Origin: Schizochytrium sp. TIO01
Lineage: Eukaryota; Protista; Bigyra: Labyrinthulomycetes
Assembly (NCBI GenBank): GCA_004764695.1
Contig: SMSO01000033.1
Span: forward strand, 1,488,001-1,552,000
Reading direction: 5' to 3'
Length of the DNA stretch: 64,000 nt
In this document: positions 33,770 through 45,165 of the stretch, in pieces
Layout of the letters: each line of letters opens with the position of its first letter
How positions within the stretch are numbered: position 1 is the first letter of the stretch
The notes under the pieces: generated by a model
What the model was told of the DNA's origin: nothing
Database searches by the model: none
Seen by the model: the letters and a program-made list of their open reading frames with translations, nothing else
Position numbers and translations under genes: made by a program

Positions 33770-34458
33770 GATTCACGATCACGAATATTACATAAGAACT
33801 ATGAATATTTTAAAACCAAATACAAATAAGACTTGAGAATTGCGCTTTCCTTATGCCTGATGTGCTGACCAAATGATTTCCGTCGCAATCGCATTTACTT
33901 TCAAATTTATCATTACTATTTATAATTATTTTTTTGTAATCAATTGCATGCACTGCATTATGAACTAGCTTGTCTATCGAGTTGTAGCCAAGAGCTCAAT
34001 TCAACATATGATAAGGCATACCCAACACAGTAACCAGAAGCGACCTAGCCCTTCTGCTTTCCCTTTGTTTCATATCAATTGACTAATTTGCTTGATATTT
34101 TTTTCCCAACCTGTGCAAAGACTCTCTTCGCTGTGAACCGTTACTACCGACCCTCACTAGTATTTACACTACCGTGCCATTACGATTCCCACCAGCTAGA
34201 CTCCTCAAACAATCTCATAGAAGTTAACGCGACGACTTAGGCACTACCCAACCTGCTCTGACAGACTACCTTGCCTGCCTCCTGTGGCGTGCTAACGACA
34301 CCTTCGAGGGCGAGTCTCTACCAACGGAAAGGTTATGAACATTCAAAGTGGAGCAAGCCTTCGCAAGATCGTTCCTTTCAAACACGGATACTCGTCTACG
34401 AGGGCACACGGGTATTTCTGGCATCGTTGCGACGTTGCTCAGGCGTAAGCGCAGCGAA

Positions 34459-35148
34459 ATGACGCGCGAAACTACTCATAGAGCAGACTTCACATGGTCT
34501 ACTCAACTTTCACCTCGCGTACGATACGAACCAAGTTATAAGGTAGGAGCTGGTGAAAAGCGACAACGCCCTCAGACTGGCGACTCGCGAACTGAAGAAG
34601 CAGAAATTGGCCTTGCAGGTCTCTACCAGGCCCGCTCTGGAGGTAATCGTGCCATGATCGCCACTGCAGAAAGCTTCATTGTCACAAATTCTGCACTCAC
34701 GAGTAAGGGGCGTAGTGAGCTGGTGGCTCCATGGCTTCGCGATGAAACCCGCAGCTTTCTTTCAAGTAAAATGCCGTCAAAGCATGAATTCCCGAGAGTA
34801 CCGGCACCTGGTTGGCGTCTTGCAGCAGATCGCGCCCGCGAAAGAAAAGATACCATTCGGCGAGTTCAGAAAGATATGGACGAGCACCTTGAGAGTCTTG
34901 TAGCAAAACACGAGACTTTGCGAGAAGTTGCCAGAGCTCGGGATATTTTTTCACATCGAGATACCCTGAATGACGAGCTTCTTGAGGTAGCCAGCTTTGC
35001 AAGTGGCAGTAGCAGTGAGTTTTCGACAAAGCTGTCTCAGCTTGAGGAAAATCATGGAGCCACGATAGACGCACTTGCACATTTCGACAATGATGCTGCA
35101 GAGAGAGTTAATGCACTGCAAGATATTGCAAATCACCTTACCCTTTAA
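34459..35148 (+). CDS. Hypothetical protein with C-terminal coiled coil
   Basis: Open frame 34348-35148, first ATG at 34459; heptad-rich second half; no family recognised. Confidence 0.6.
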   Translation: MTRETTHRADFTWSTQLSPRVRYEPSYKVGAGEKRQRPQTGDSRTEEAEIGLAGLYQARSGGNRAMIATAESFIVTNSALTSKGRSELVAPWLRDETRSFLSSKMPSKHEFPRVPAPGWRLAADRARERKDTIRRVQKDMDEHLESLVAKHETLREVARARDIFSHRDTLNDELLEVASFASGSSSEFSTKLSQLEENHGATIDALAHFDNDAAERVNALQDIANHLTL

Positions 35149-35824
35149 TGAAGAGAAATAAACATACACAAACTTGGAGGGCTCATACTTACAAAACCTG
35201 CATCAAGTGGTCTTCATTGCAGGTCTTGGCCTTCCCCTTATTCGACCATCCATCTCAACTCGACCTCGTGTCGATTGAATCTGTTGCATATTTACATTTT
35301 GACACCTTACAAATCTTTAGTTCATTTCTTTCGCCCCTTTCGTGTTTGACGATTTTCACAATTTGTCTGTATGCCATGAGGTTTTGGGTGTACCAGCTTC
35401 CAAAGGCAAGAAGTCCTCCATTTTCAGAGAAAGCTATTGAAGAACACTTCTGCTTTATTTATAAATGAAAGATAATATATATAAAGAAGAACAAAAGAGA
35501 AAGGATTATTTTCATAGCCATTCAAAAGGAAATTGAAGTTCTTCAGTCAAATATATCTCTGGGCAACGCTTAGCAACAATGCCGACCTTCCATACAAGGA
35601 TGCACTTGTAAATATAGATATAGTTGGCCTTTGATTATTCACAGGACGAGCTTTAAAAATAAAATTTAAATAAAATTTACATTATTTTAAAAACATTTTT
35701 GCTATTCTTCTTACCGTTGATTATGATACATGAGAAAGGCCAAAATCGCAATTGCGCATAAACCAGACACTCTTGCAGGAGGATTTACTGAAAGGCTAGC
35801 AGCAAATCTTGACAGAAGTACTTA

Positions 35825-36778
35825 ATGTTTAGCACTAACAACCAGTCTTCTGATGCCAGAGCAGAAACTCTTGTCAAGAGCCGCGTACTCGTTCATCAAC
35901 AGTATGTCTCCAGTAGTTTACGGGAGCTCGAGGTAACTGGGAAACATGCGCTCCAAGGCGCAGATCTCTATGAGGGGCCTCTTGTATTGCCTGAAGGGAT
36001 TGCAAACCTTCCCAATCTTATTTCTCTCTCCGTGAAAGACACTCTTATCAAAGAGATACCAGATAGAACCACCTCGATACTCAGCCAGAGGTTGTTGTGC
36101 CTTAAATTATTGCGAAATCCAGAATTGAAAACAGTGTCCGATTTTCTATCCACTATGCATAAACTAGAAACATTTGCCATAGACACATGCGTAGTCGAGA
36201 GCCTACCTCCTGTAATATCAGACAGGTTGACCGATTTCTCTGTCATGCGCTGCAAACTCTCAGCCTTACATTCAGAGACACATATTCCACGGGCACTACG
36301 TGTCAGTCTGGCATTTAATCAGTTAACAGGTATCCCGCGTGCGCTTCGTAATTGCTCCGTTCTGGTCGCTTTGAATCTTGAAAATAACTCTATATCTGCT
36401 CTTGATGATGACGTCATGCGACCACTGGAACAATTGCGCTTTTTGAACTTGAAACACAACAAGCTCAGTCATGTTGATGCACGCAACCTGAGCACTAGAT
36501 TAGAAGTACTTCAGATAGATAGCAACTACCTTGAGGAGATTCCCGAGGGTCTAACACGGCTGAGTAATCTTCACTACCTATCTTTGAAAAACAATCAAAT
36601 CACAAAGGTCCCATCTGAGGTGCTTCGCGAAATGCGCCTTCTCCAGGATTTGCATCTGGATGGAAACCCTTTAAGTGACCTTGTTTTCGGGCACCTTCCT
36701 CAGACAGCACAACGTGAGTTGCAACTGAACCCATTGGGCGCAGCTTTGCTCAAAGAAATTGAAGCCTCATTCTTGTAA
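35825..36778 (+). CDS. Intracellular leucine-rich repeat protein
   Basis: About 10 LxxLxLxxNxL repeats (LVALNLENNSI, LRFLNLKHNKL, LEVLQIDSNYL, LHYLSLKNNQI, LQDLHLDGNPL). Confidence 0.9.
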   Translation: MFSTNNQSSDARAETLVKSRVLVHQQYVSSSLRELEVTGKHALQGADLYEGPLVLPEGIANLPNLISLSVKDTLIKEIPDRTTSILSQRLLCLKLLRNPELKTVSDFLSTMHKLETFAIDTCVVESLPPVISDRLTDFSVMRCKLSALHSETHIPRALRVSLAFNQLTGIPRALRNCSVLVALNLENNSISALDDDVMRPLEQLRFLNLKHNKLSHVDARNLSTRLEVLQIDSNYLEEIPEGLTRLSNLHYLSLKNNQITKVPSEVLREMRLLQDLHLDGNPLSDLVFGHLPQTAQRELQLNPLGAALLKEIEASFL

Positions 36779-37320
36779 AAAAAGAAAGAACAGTATGTTC
36801 GTTTCAACAGTGGCTATGACTTCCATCTATTTCGGGACAAACTGGGTAAAGGAACACTTCGATTTTACCACTTATAACAGTATTATTATAGCGAGAGCGC
36901 GCTTGCAGCAGCTGTAGTGAAAAGTTATTCAACTTATTGGAGCGACTCCTTGATGGCAATAATAGATTAAGGAATGAGATGTTGGAACAGCAAAGTACAT
37001 TCGGAAATAGTAATTAAAAATAGATCAGCATTATTATTTTATCATTATGAAACTATTAGACCAGCCAAGCAACCAGTTACTGAGACGCGAATAGCGTAAG
37101 GTCGCACTGTACTGTGCACCGAAGTGATTAAAAAAGAAAGTTAAATCGCTTCACCCATATCTGTTTGAAATATTGAAGCAGTCACTAAACTAATGTTATC
37201 CAAAACGCCTTCTGAAAGTGAGCCAAAGGACGACCAATGATTAAGAGAGATTGAGGATAAGGTCAATTTGATTGTTCTGAATCAAACTGGTATGTTGCCT
37301 ATGTTTGGCTTGTTTTAGTT

Positions 37321-38916
37321 TCAGATATCAGTGTTATTTGTTGAACAATCGGTATGTTCCGTGGCATCTTTCTGGCATGCTACGCAGATTGATTGCGGTG
37401 TGCGATTGTCATCTTTGAGTAGACTATTATACGCCTGGCAAAAGTTACAGGCCCAGAAAGTTGAGCGCTTCTGATAAACTACAAGTTGAATACGCTCTGA
37501 GCACCAGGTAGCAACATTAGGAACTGTCATATAAACGGCTCGTGAGAGACAGCCATCGTAGAGTCTCGAATGTAGATTCTTGATGGGCATCAGTGTGATG
37601 ATTCGAGTGCCTAGTTTAGAGTGAAGAGCGATATTTTCAATAAATTTGTTGAGCTCGCGTAGCTCAGAGTTCAAATACATGCTTGGGTCATTGCTCACTT
37701 GAATGACAGAGGCAGCCATAATGAGAGGCAAGAACTTTTCAGCAAAGAAATCACCATGAATGATACGAATGTAGCCGCCATGCATGTTGTGTTGATCCAG
37801 CTCAATTTGAAGATTTCTGTTAAACTTGGTTGCTGCTCGGGCACGGTTAATGTCCGATTCGATACCCACAGCCGTGCATCCAGTAAGCGCTGCAATGGGT
37901 AAAATGCTCGCGCCCACACCACAACCTAGTTCCAGATACCGATCTTTAGACTGGATATTTGCAAATGAGATCAAAGATTGAGCGAAAGAGGGTGAGCTCA
38001 AACCTGCTCTGTAGCGTTCATAGTCCCGTACACTCTCATCCCGGGGCCACCCCAGCTCCGTCAAAAGTCGGGTTCCACCATGGATTTCTAAAAGGTGGTT
38101 CCAATATTTGGACCATTCCTCATAATTTAACATTGGGAGAGTTTGGAAAGTTTCTTGAAACACAACGCAGTCTCCTGGCGAACCTGCGCTGAGAATTTCA
38201 TCCTTTTTACTCGCAGGCATGCAAACAGGACCTACCCGAGCTCTCCTCCGTTTCGCGTTGCGTGCTCTCTGCAAAGCTTTCTGTACCTCTAAATCCTTGC
38301 GAGCGTTCATTGACGCTTCTTTAAGTTCGTCTTCGTTTTTTGCTTCCCATTCTTGCGCCACATCATCTCGCAATTCTGCATCCATGCTCAAATAGTTCAA
38401 GACATCTTCTTCAGATTCAAAAAAGTCCATATTTTTCATCTGCAAGTTCCTGTCAAATTGTATCAATTTGTCTTTCACATAAATCCACTGTACTCCGTCC
38501 TGATCTCCAGCCTTGACCCCCCATCCTCGCGCCTCTAGCATCGGAAATACCACATCAAATGGCAGTACAGAGGGGTCTGTAGATACCTCTTGCGTGGTAC
38601 CCAAAGCTTCCGCTAGGAGCCTCGTGGCCATGCGCTTCGCTCTTCTTGTAGGCAGCGTCCTCGACGACGGTGTCTCCGCCGTGGCAGCCTCTGCGTCCTC
38701 GCGACCTCTTCTCTTGCTGTTCCTCTCCGTTTCACCCTCTCCATAGGCGGTAGCTGCTTCTTCGTTTTCACCGCCTGCTATGTCTTCGCTGCCTTGGAGC
38801 CCATCGCTGCTCGCGTCACTAGGTGCAAGCTCTGTTGTCACTTCCTTCGGGCTCGACTTGAACGGCCCGCGGCCCGCGCGGGCTTCCTCCACTACGCCGA
38901 CAGCCTTCACGCCCAT
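37321..38916 (-). CDS. DOT1: DOT1-like (H3K79-type) class I methyltransferase with C-terminal RanBP2-type zinc finger
   Basis: NIQSKDRYLELGCGVG..ILPIAALTGC.AVGIE, IRIIHGDFF, ASVIQVSN, KLGTRIIT, VATW pattern of the DOT1 domain; WACNFCQAYN...CVAC zinc finger. First ATG at 38916. Confidence 0.75.
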   Translation of the reverse strand: MGVKAVGVVEEARAGRGPFKSSPKEVTTELAPSDASSDGLQGSEDIAGGENEEAATAYGEGETERNSKRRGREDAEAATAETPSSRTLPTRRAKRMATRLLAEALGTTQEVSTDPSVLPFDVVFPMLEARGWGVKAGDQDGVQWIYVKDKLIQFDRNLQMKNMDFFESEEDVLNYLSMDAELRDDVAQEWEAKNEDELKEASMNARKDLEVQKALQRARNAKRRRARVGPVCMPASKKDEILSAGSPGDCVVFQETFQTLPMLNYEEWSKYWNHLLEIHGGTRLLTELGWPRDESVRDYERYRAGLSSPSFAQSLISFANIQSKDRYLELGCGVGASILPIAALTGCTAVGIESDINRARAATKFNRNLQIELDQHNMHGGYIRIIHGDFFAEKFLPLIMAASVIQVSNDPSMYLNSELRELNKFIENIALHSKLGTRIITLMPIKNLHSRLYDGCLSRAVYMTVPNVATWCSERIQLVVYQKRSTFWACNFCQAYNSLLKDDNRTPQSICVACQKDATEHTDCSTNNTDI

Positions 38917-41900
38917 CCTGGACAGCGAATGCGGTCTGCGGGCCCAGTCCGAGCAACTTACTCTTGAGCCAAACCTGCAACAATTGCACAGGTAACTATC
39001 GAAAATAAACACTAGAAAAGAAGAAGTATAACGAGACGACGAAGAAAGAAAGTCTGCCAACGTTGATCCAAAGAGAGAGGGCCCCGCGCCTTTGAGAAGG
39101 ACAGGTCTCGCCTGCGCAGGGAGCTTGCTAATACACGAGCTCGGACAGACTATCAATCAGTTGGACAAGGATTGCGCAGGGAGCTCGGCAGCCATGCTTT
39201 GCGGGAATCAGGAATGGGATGGAGTGAAAGCAAAGCTTTACCAAACCGTTTCGTCGAATTCCCAGCTGCAATAAAGAAATACCGGGAAGGGAAGGTAACG
39301 TGCCCGACTGCGGTTGGGTGTTGAGAGAGGGAAACAATTAGCTCTCGAACGGATTGGATAACGCCAAAGCAGAATGGCGCTTCAGGATCGCCATTATCGA
39401 GGCTGCCTTGCTTCGATTTTTCCTGCCTGATCATTAAGCTTTGACTCTCGGACATCCTGAAAGAGGAGGGGGGTATTCTATGTAAATCTGAGAGGCCTAT
39501 GAGTAAATCAAACAGTATTTATTACTATAAAATTTATCCATGAAGAATAAAGTCATAAGATGCCCTCCCAGGGTGTAGGATGGAAAAGTGTTTGTGGGTT
39601 CTGAGTGCTGAGATATGGTAGTTGAATCAAATATGGGGACATATGGGCTAAAGTACCCCCTCCTCAACTCAGAAGGAGTTGAGACAGTATTGGAGAGAGC
39701 TCTTAGAAAACGATGCAGAAGCAAGGAGTGTCATAAGAATCAGAGATGACTTGGTGAAACAGTCGCCGTAAGAGAAAGCAAGCGCAGTTGCACGGAGTAT
39801 TGAAAGCTAAATATACAAGTTTTCTCTAGAGAGATCAAACATCTCTGATACCTTTAGTAATGGTATAACCCAGGAGATAGCAAAGGTGAAAAGGAGATGC
39901 TATTTGAAGCGCAGTATGATCAGCTAAAAACATAAGCTGATCTTCCAGGTCTAATGTATATGTGTTAGACTATGTTTCAATGTATAGAGATGTAAAGTCT
40001 CATTTCAGGGATCTGCACACCAGCTTTGCACACGTACCATCCCAAACAAACTTAGTTTGGGTTTCTGTTTCAGGTTAAGTGAAAATGTCTACGCTATTAA
40101 TCGTTAACCTTCTTAATAGTAAAGATAGTAAAGATTACCCCGGTATTTTTCTATCCTAGTACACTACTCACGATTTTTAGATACAAATTATGCATAACAT
40201 ATGAATAGACATATCCTTTCATTTTCTTTTCTGTTTCTGTTCTTGCAAAGAGAACCTTTGTAATAGCATAAGAACACGAAAAGGCTTCTTAAGACTCTAG
40301 CTAGATTTGATTTTTAAAAGATGGAGAAAATGGTTGTTTCCTTAGCGTAAAGTGTTGACCAAAAGGATGACAGGGACGGCGAACCTGTAACGTTTCTAGT
40401 TAGAGAGAAAAAGACCTATCAGCTAAGCTCGCTCAAAACCCTAAAACCATGCGCTTCCTGCAATAGGAGCTTATATCTACCGATATGAACTGTATTGCTA
40501 TTCTTCCTAGATAAAGGCCATTCCTAGAAACTCACGTACAAGCATATCACTCAAAACTGACTCCCTCCTCAAGCTAGAAACTATAGCACCATCTTCTACT
40601 ATTTAAGCATGACGCCTAGTTCATAAACATGCGTGGCAACAATGCAGAATTTACATGCCTGAATAGTTTCGTAAGAGTGAGAGTGTAGCTGTGGAATGTC
40701 CACATGAAGTTTTGGCGTCTCCATCTTTGATGCTCCCACTTTAACAAGAGTAGAAGAAGAATGAACGCTGCCACTGTATCGAACTCGACCCTGCTAAGAG
40801 ACGAAGAAACTGCACAGGAGTAGTTTTCTTAGGTGAATAGCTCAGCTTTTTGGTATATCTGTGTCATATCTTCTTTGGGCTACATTGCCCTTTTTACACA
40901 TTCCCGATGGGTTAGAATTCTCCAATTATATTGGAGGTTCCATTTACGATCTTTCGACATGTTTGGAGAATCGAGTGTTCCTTTGGCAGTTCGGAGAAGT
41001 ATGATCTCGTTTCAGTGCTCAGCTCTCTTGGTTGCGCTGGCAAACAGCTGTGAGGATCTCTGTGTTAAGAACATCCTCAATACGCTCACGGAAACTGGAA
41101 ACTTGAATCCGAAATGAACACCCGCTCCAAATTATTTCTTTTGGTTGATCGATACTCCCTAAAAGCAACCTCCAACCAGTGCGTAGTGCGTCAAAACTCA
41201 ACGGCTTTGCCGTAGAAGAGTGCCCCCTTGCTTGTATCAAGTGTATGCCTGAAGGCCTCTCGCATATACAGAAATGCGCAGCGATTACGTCGACACTTTA
41301 CCTATGTATTTATCTTGTGCGCTCTGGGAATCCTTCCTTGAGCAAAGAAGAAAAACACTAGCTCTCAAGGAAACCTCGCAAAAGTTTGGCGCCCAAATCT
41401 CGAACCGACCCTTATCATGAGAGATTCGCCCTCGCCTTTTCGGCTTTGATAACTTTGTTCTCTGTCGTGTGTACGTCTGACCGATCTTTGGAGCGGAACC
41501 TTTGGAGCAAAGCTGTAACCTACAGATGTGTGCCGTTGGCTCTCAAGGTGGTTCATGGTGATCGCCAGAACTCGAAATTGGTGCTGCAGAATCTGCGCGG
41601 AGAGGAATTAGAGAGATTTGATAAATCAGATCTACACATCGCCCAGGCGAACGCATCGGCGATCCAAGTTGATGGCCGCGAATTGGGGCATACGTTCTGA
41701 ACCAGAAGATTTCTGCGTCTCCCGCCAGCGCTGGTCTTCTGAAACCACCCCAGCTTACTAACAGAACTTGAACTTACTAAGTTTTCGACTTTTAAAAATA
41801 AAATTCATAAAGAACAAATTGTTCTTTATGAAACCAAACTTTCCCTTGACTAGTGGAGTGTGTTTTGGAGGCGTTCGTTTCTCTCTTGTTTTCCTTTTCA

Positions 41901-44900
41901 TCATACGACCTAGATCTTTAGAAATGTCTCCTACCTACGTCCCACAAGGAATTGTGATTGTTTCTATTCTAAAATAGAGTGAGTATGATGCATGGAATGG
42001 GGTGTACTGAGACTATTTTAAACCAGGAGTTGAGTTGAATTGTAGCACGCTGTTATTATAATTTTAAAACAACTTACGAGTTTCCTGATTTCCATTGCGC
42101 CAGCAGGTGCAACCTTTCAAGGTGCAGCTATGGTAGAACTTGAGCATCGCTGGAACCTCAATATGAAGAGGACGCACGATTGTCGGGAGCAGGAAGATCA
42201 TTCGCTTCCTTACACTCATTTATTCTTAACCTTTCTCATAAAAATTTATAAAAGGAGGAAGAGAGATAGAAAAGTTGTTGGTTTAAACCTATCTACCTGC
42301 ACAGTAGTACCTAGTACTCTCAGAATAATAAAGCAAGTAGCAGAAAATTGATACGCAAGGTTTATTCATACTCAACTCGTCAGTTTGAAGAGAAGGCATA
42401 ATGATTTTCTGGCATGCTTTCCTGCCGGGCTATGAGTTAAAGCCTGCAGAAGATTGTATCCGAAAGGAGACGTGTATCTTATATACTACAGAAGGTCAAT
42501 ATCACGGTTTGATGGTTCCCACGCTCACGATCTCTCTGATTCCCAATTCACTTCTCAGAACCATGTGAGGAGAAAGGTTTTATGAGGAAGATAAATTAAC
42601 TGAGGAGAAATAATGGAAAAACTCTACCTGGATACCTAATTCACTTTAGAACAACAAGCAGTGATCGTGATCAACCGAGAGCAATAGTTCGAGCGTAGAT
42701 ATTTATTCCAGGCAAGCCATGGTCATTAAACTTGACACGTAGTTCTCTAAAGTGCGCTCTTTCCTTCCAAAGATGCTTCTGAGCGATCCATGATCGGATT
42801 TAACACTGCCTAGACAAAATGACTTATCGCCGTTATTTTCCATGGTTGATATGTGTCCAAGCTTTCATGGCTTTTCTGGTCAACCTGAGTCAAACGTCTA
42901 AGTTGCGCAGCGCTTAATGGACTGTGCAACTGAGAAGACCCTGAAGAAGACCTCTCTTGATGTCCAGGAGGTTGTTCTTGCGTCGATGCCACAACGATAT
43001 CCATTTCGTTGGAGAGGCCCACAATTAGATTGCGTTCTAGGAAAAATAAAAGCCCACGAGCTTCGCACGCTAGCTAAGACGAGTTTGCACCACAAATCTT
43101 CTGCCACGGCTTGCTACAGCATAGGCTGGAAGAGCTGCGAATCGATCCTCAGGAGCCTAGTCAAAACAAATACAACTTCATGATCCTCACAAGCATAATC
43201 ATGTTCATTTCCAAGTCCGTCTTCAGGTCTATCTTCGAGTTCAAGTCCAAGTTTAAGTTGAGCTCCGTGCTCAAGCTGCTGCTCTTGATCACAATGTACC
43301 ATAGCTATGTGCGTAGAAAGTGGTTGTGGCAGATTGTCTCTGTGAAGGTAGTAGTCGTACCTTATGCTGACCTACTGACGCAGTACGCCTCATCAATCCT
43401 CCCATTACGCTGATGGCTAACTTACAAGATCACACTGTAGTTCGGAATCGCCCGCGGGTTGAGAGATATCCAGCTCAAACGAACGTCCGGAAGACGAGAA
43501 AGGGAGCGGTTTGCGCATGCGACGCCAGCCTTTCGGGAACTTGCCATGATCGTGATGACACGATACAGTATACAAGAGTACCAGGCAGTCAGACAAAAGC
43601 CGCCATCCAAGCTCCAGCAATTTTGAGAAACACTATGAGGCATACATACACACCTTTTATTGTCCAAAGGTTTAGTTTTAGTCTCTGATTTTCACTTTCC
43701 TCTGGAAAATCTCAAAGCACAAGGCTTCTTTCTTTTCAGTAGTCCTACATAGATTAAATTGTTGTTGGATAGATCTTTTTCTTTAGCTGAGGAAAAAGAA
43801 GTAAAAAAGTAACATACTTCTACCATAACCAGTAGCGGCAGTAGTACGTGCAACCTAAGTACTACTCTTTGTTTGCAGAGCAATGAATGAAGACTTTGCT
43901 GTAGTCCTATTCAAGTTGCTGAAGCTTGTGGCATCCATCATCAAATGCTACTAGATTATACAAAACTGGTCAAATTAAGCTCGCTATATGGGGAGAAGAA
44001 AAGTCATTGTGGAGGAGGGAAAGCCTATTGCGACTTCCTCAAAGAACACTCAGGGACGTTGTTGCCAAAAGCAATGCTTTTATTTCGCGAGTCCTTCTCA
44101 TAGAATTGCACTCTGTTCAATTCTTTAGGTACCTAAATATTAATACGTCGTTTTGATGTGAGCCACATTTCCTGGAGTTCCCCTATCTTTAAAGATAAAG
44201 ATTACAGTGTTTTGCAGCTCGGCGCACATCATAAAGAGCAATGTGTTGAATGTGTTGCACTGCACTCTGATTGAATTGCTTCATATGAATCAGAGTGTGG
44301 ATAATTTGTGGTATCCTCACAACGCATATTTCTGGGTTATCAATGTAAGTAAATCAAAACCACAAATTCCCCTCCTATGGCTGTAAGCGAGTCTTCGTTA
44401 CAACAGCTTCAGAGAAGATGAGGCGAAGTCCAATTCCGCTGTATGCCACGCCACAGTAGAAATAGAAACGCAGCCGAAGAAAAGAAGAGAAAGCCCATGC
44501 TTGGAAGCGAGCAATAAAAAATAAAAATCATAACAAGTTCACGAACCCAATTTTTGTTTCTAACAACTTGCAGCCTCACAATCTTCAGCATTTGGTCGTA
44601 CGAGAGGGAACGGAACCTCCAATCCAGAGCGATAGGAGGGCTCGCTGAAGGAGGAGAGCGTCACTCTCAGTTTCCTAAATCTGCTCCTTCGTATGTTCTG
44701 TGAACGCCTCGTCTCGACGTGCCATAGTGATGTTTATAAATCATGACAGAGAAGAGAGAATGAGAGAAAGAAAAACAAACTAAGCTTTCTTTACCTCACC
44801 GCAGAAACGAAGGAAAAAGAATGAAAATGAAAAACTTTGAAGAAAAAGGAAAAAAGAATAATTCTTTTTATTTCTTTTATGCACCTACTATCTATAGCAG

Positions 44901-45165
44901 ATAAAGAGGGATTTTTAATTGTTCTCTTTTTAATTTAATTAAAAAACAGTGGGAGTATGCCACTGCTTTAAGATTTCTGCGGATGATCGCGAGGGATTCA
45001 AGTTGCGATCAAACCCGAAATCGAAGACTCTCGCGCTCGCGTGGGAAACCCAAGCCAAGAGATCTGTTGCTGCCGTGGGACGTGGCAGGTAGAAGCAATT
45101 TCGCAAAGAACGCGCATACGTAATAGTAGTGATCAACCAAGCAAAGCAAAACCAAGCGCTCCAAT

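Noticed and set aside
38917-39156. N-terminal 80 aa extension of the DOT1-like ORF given in the ORF track
   Set aside because: Non-ATG start and pyrimidine-rich sequence ending in a ttgcag acceptor-like site; more likely UTR or intron.
40830-41750. Patchy ORFs possibly from a decayed LRR/F-box gene; similar near-open frames at 54590-55040 and 58700-58960
   Set aside because: No consistent motif and many stops; cannot be supported by eye.
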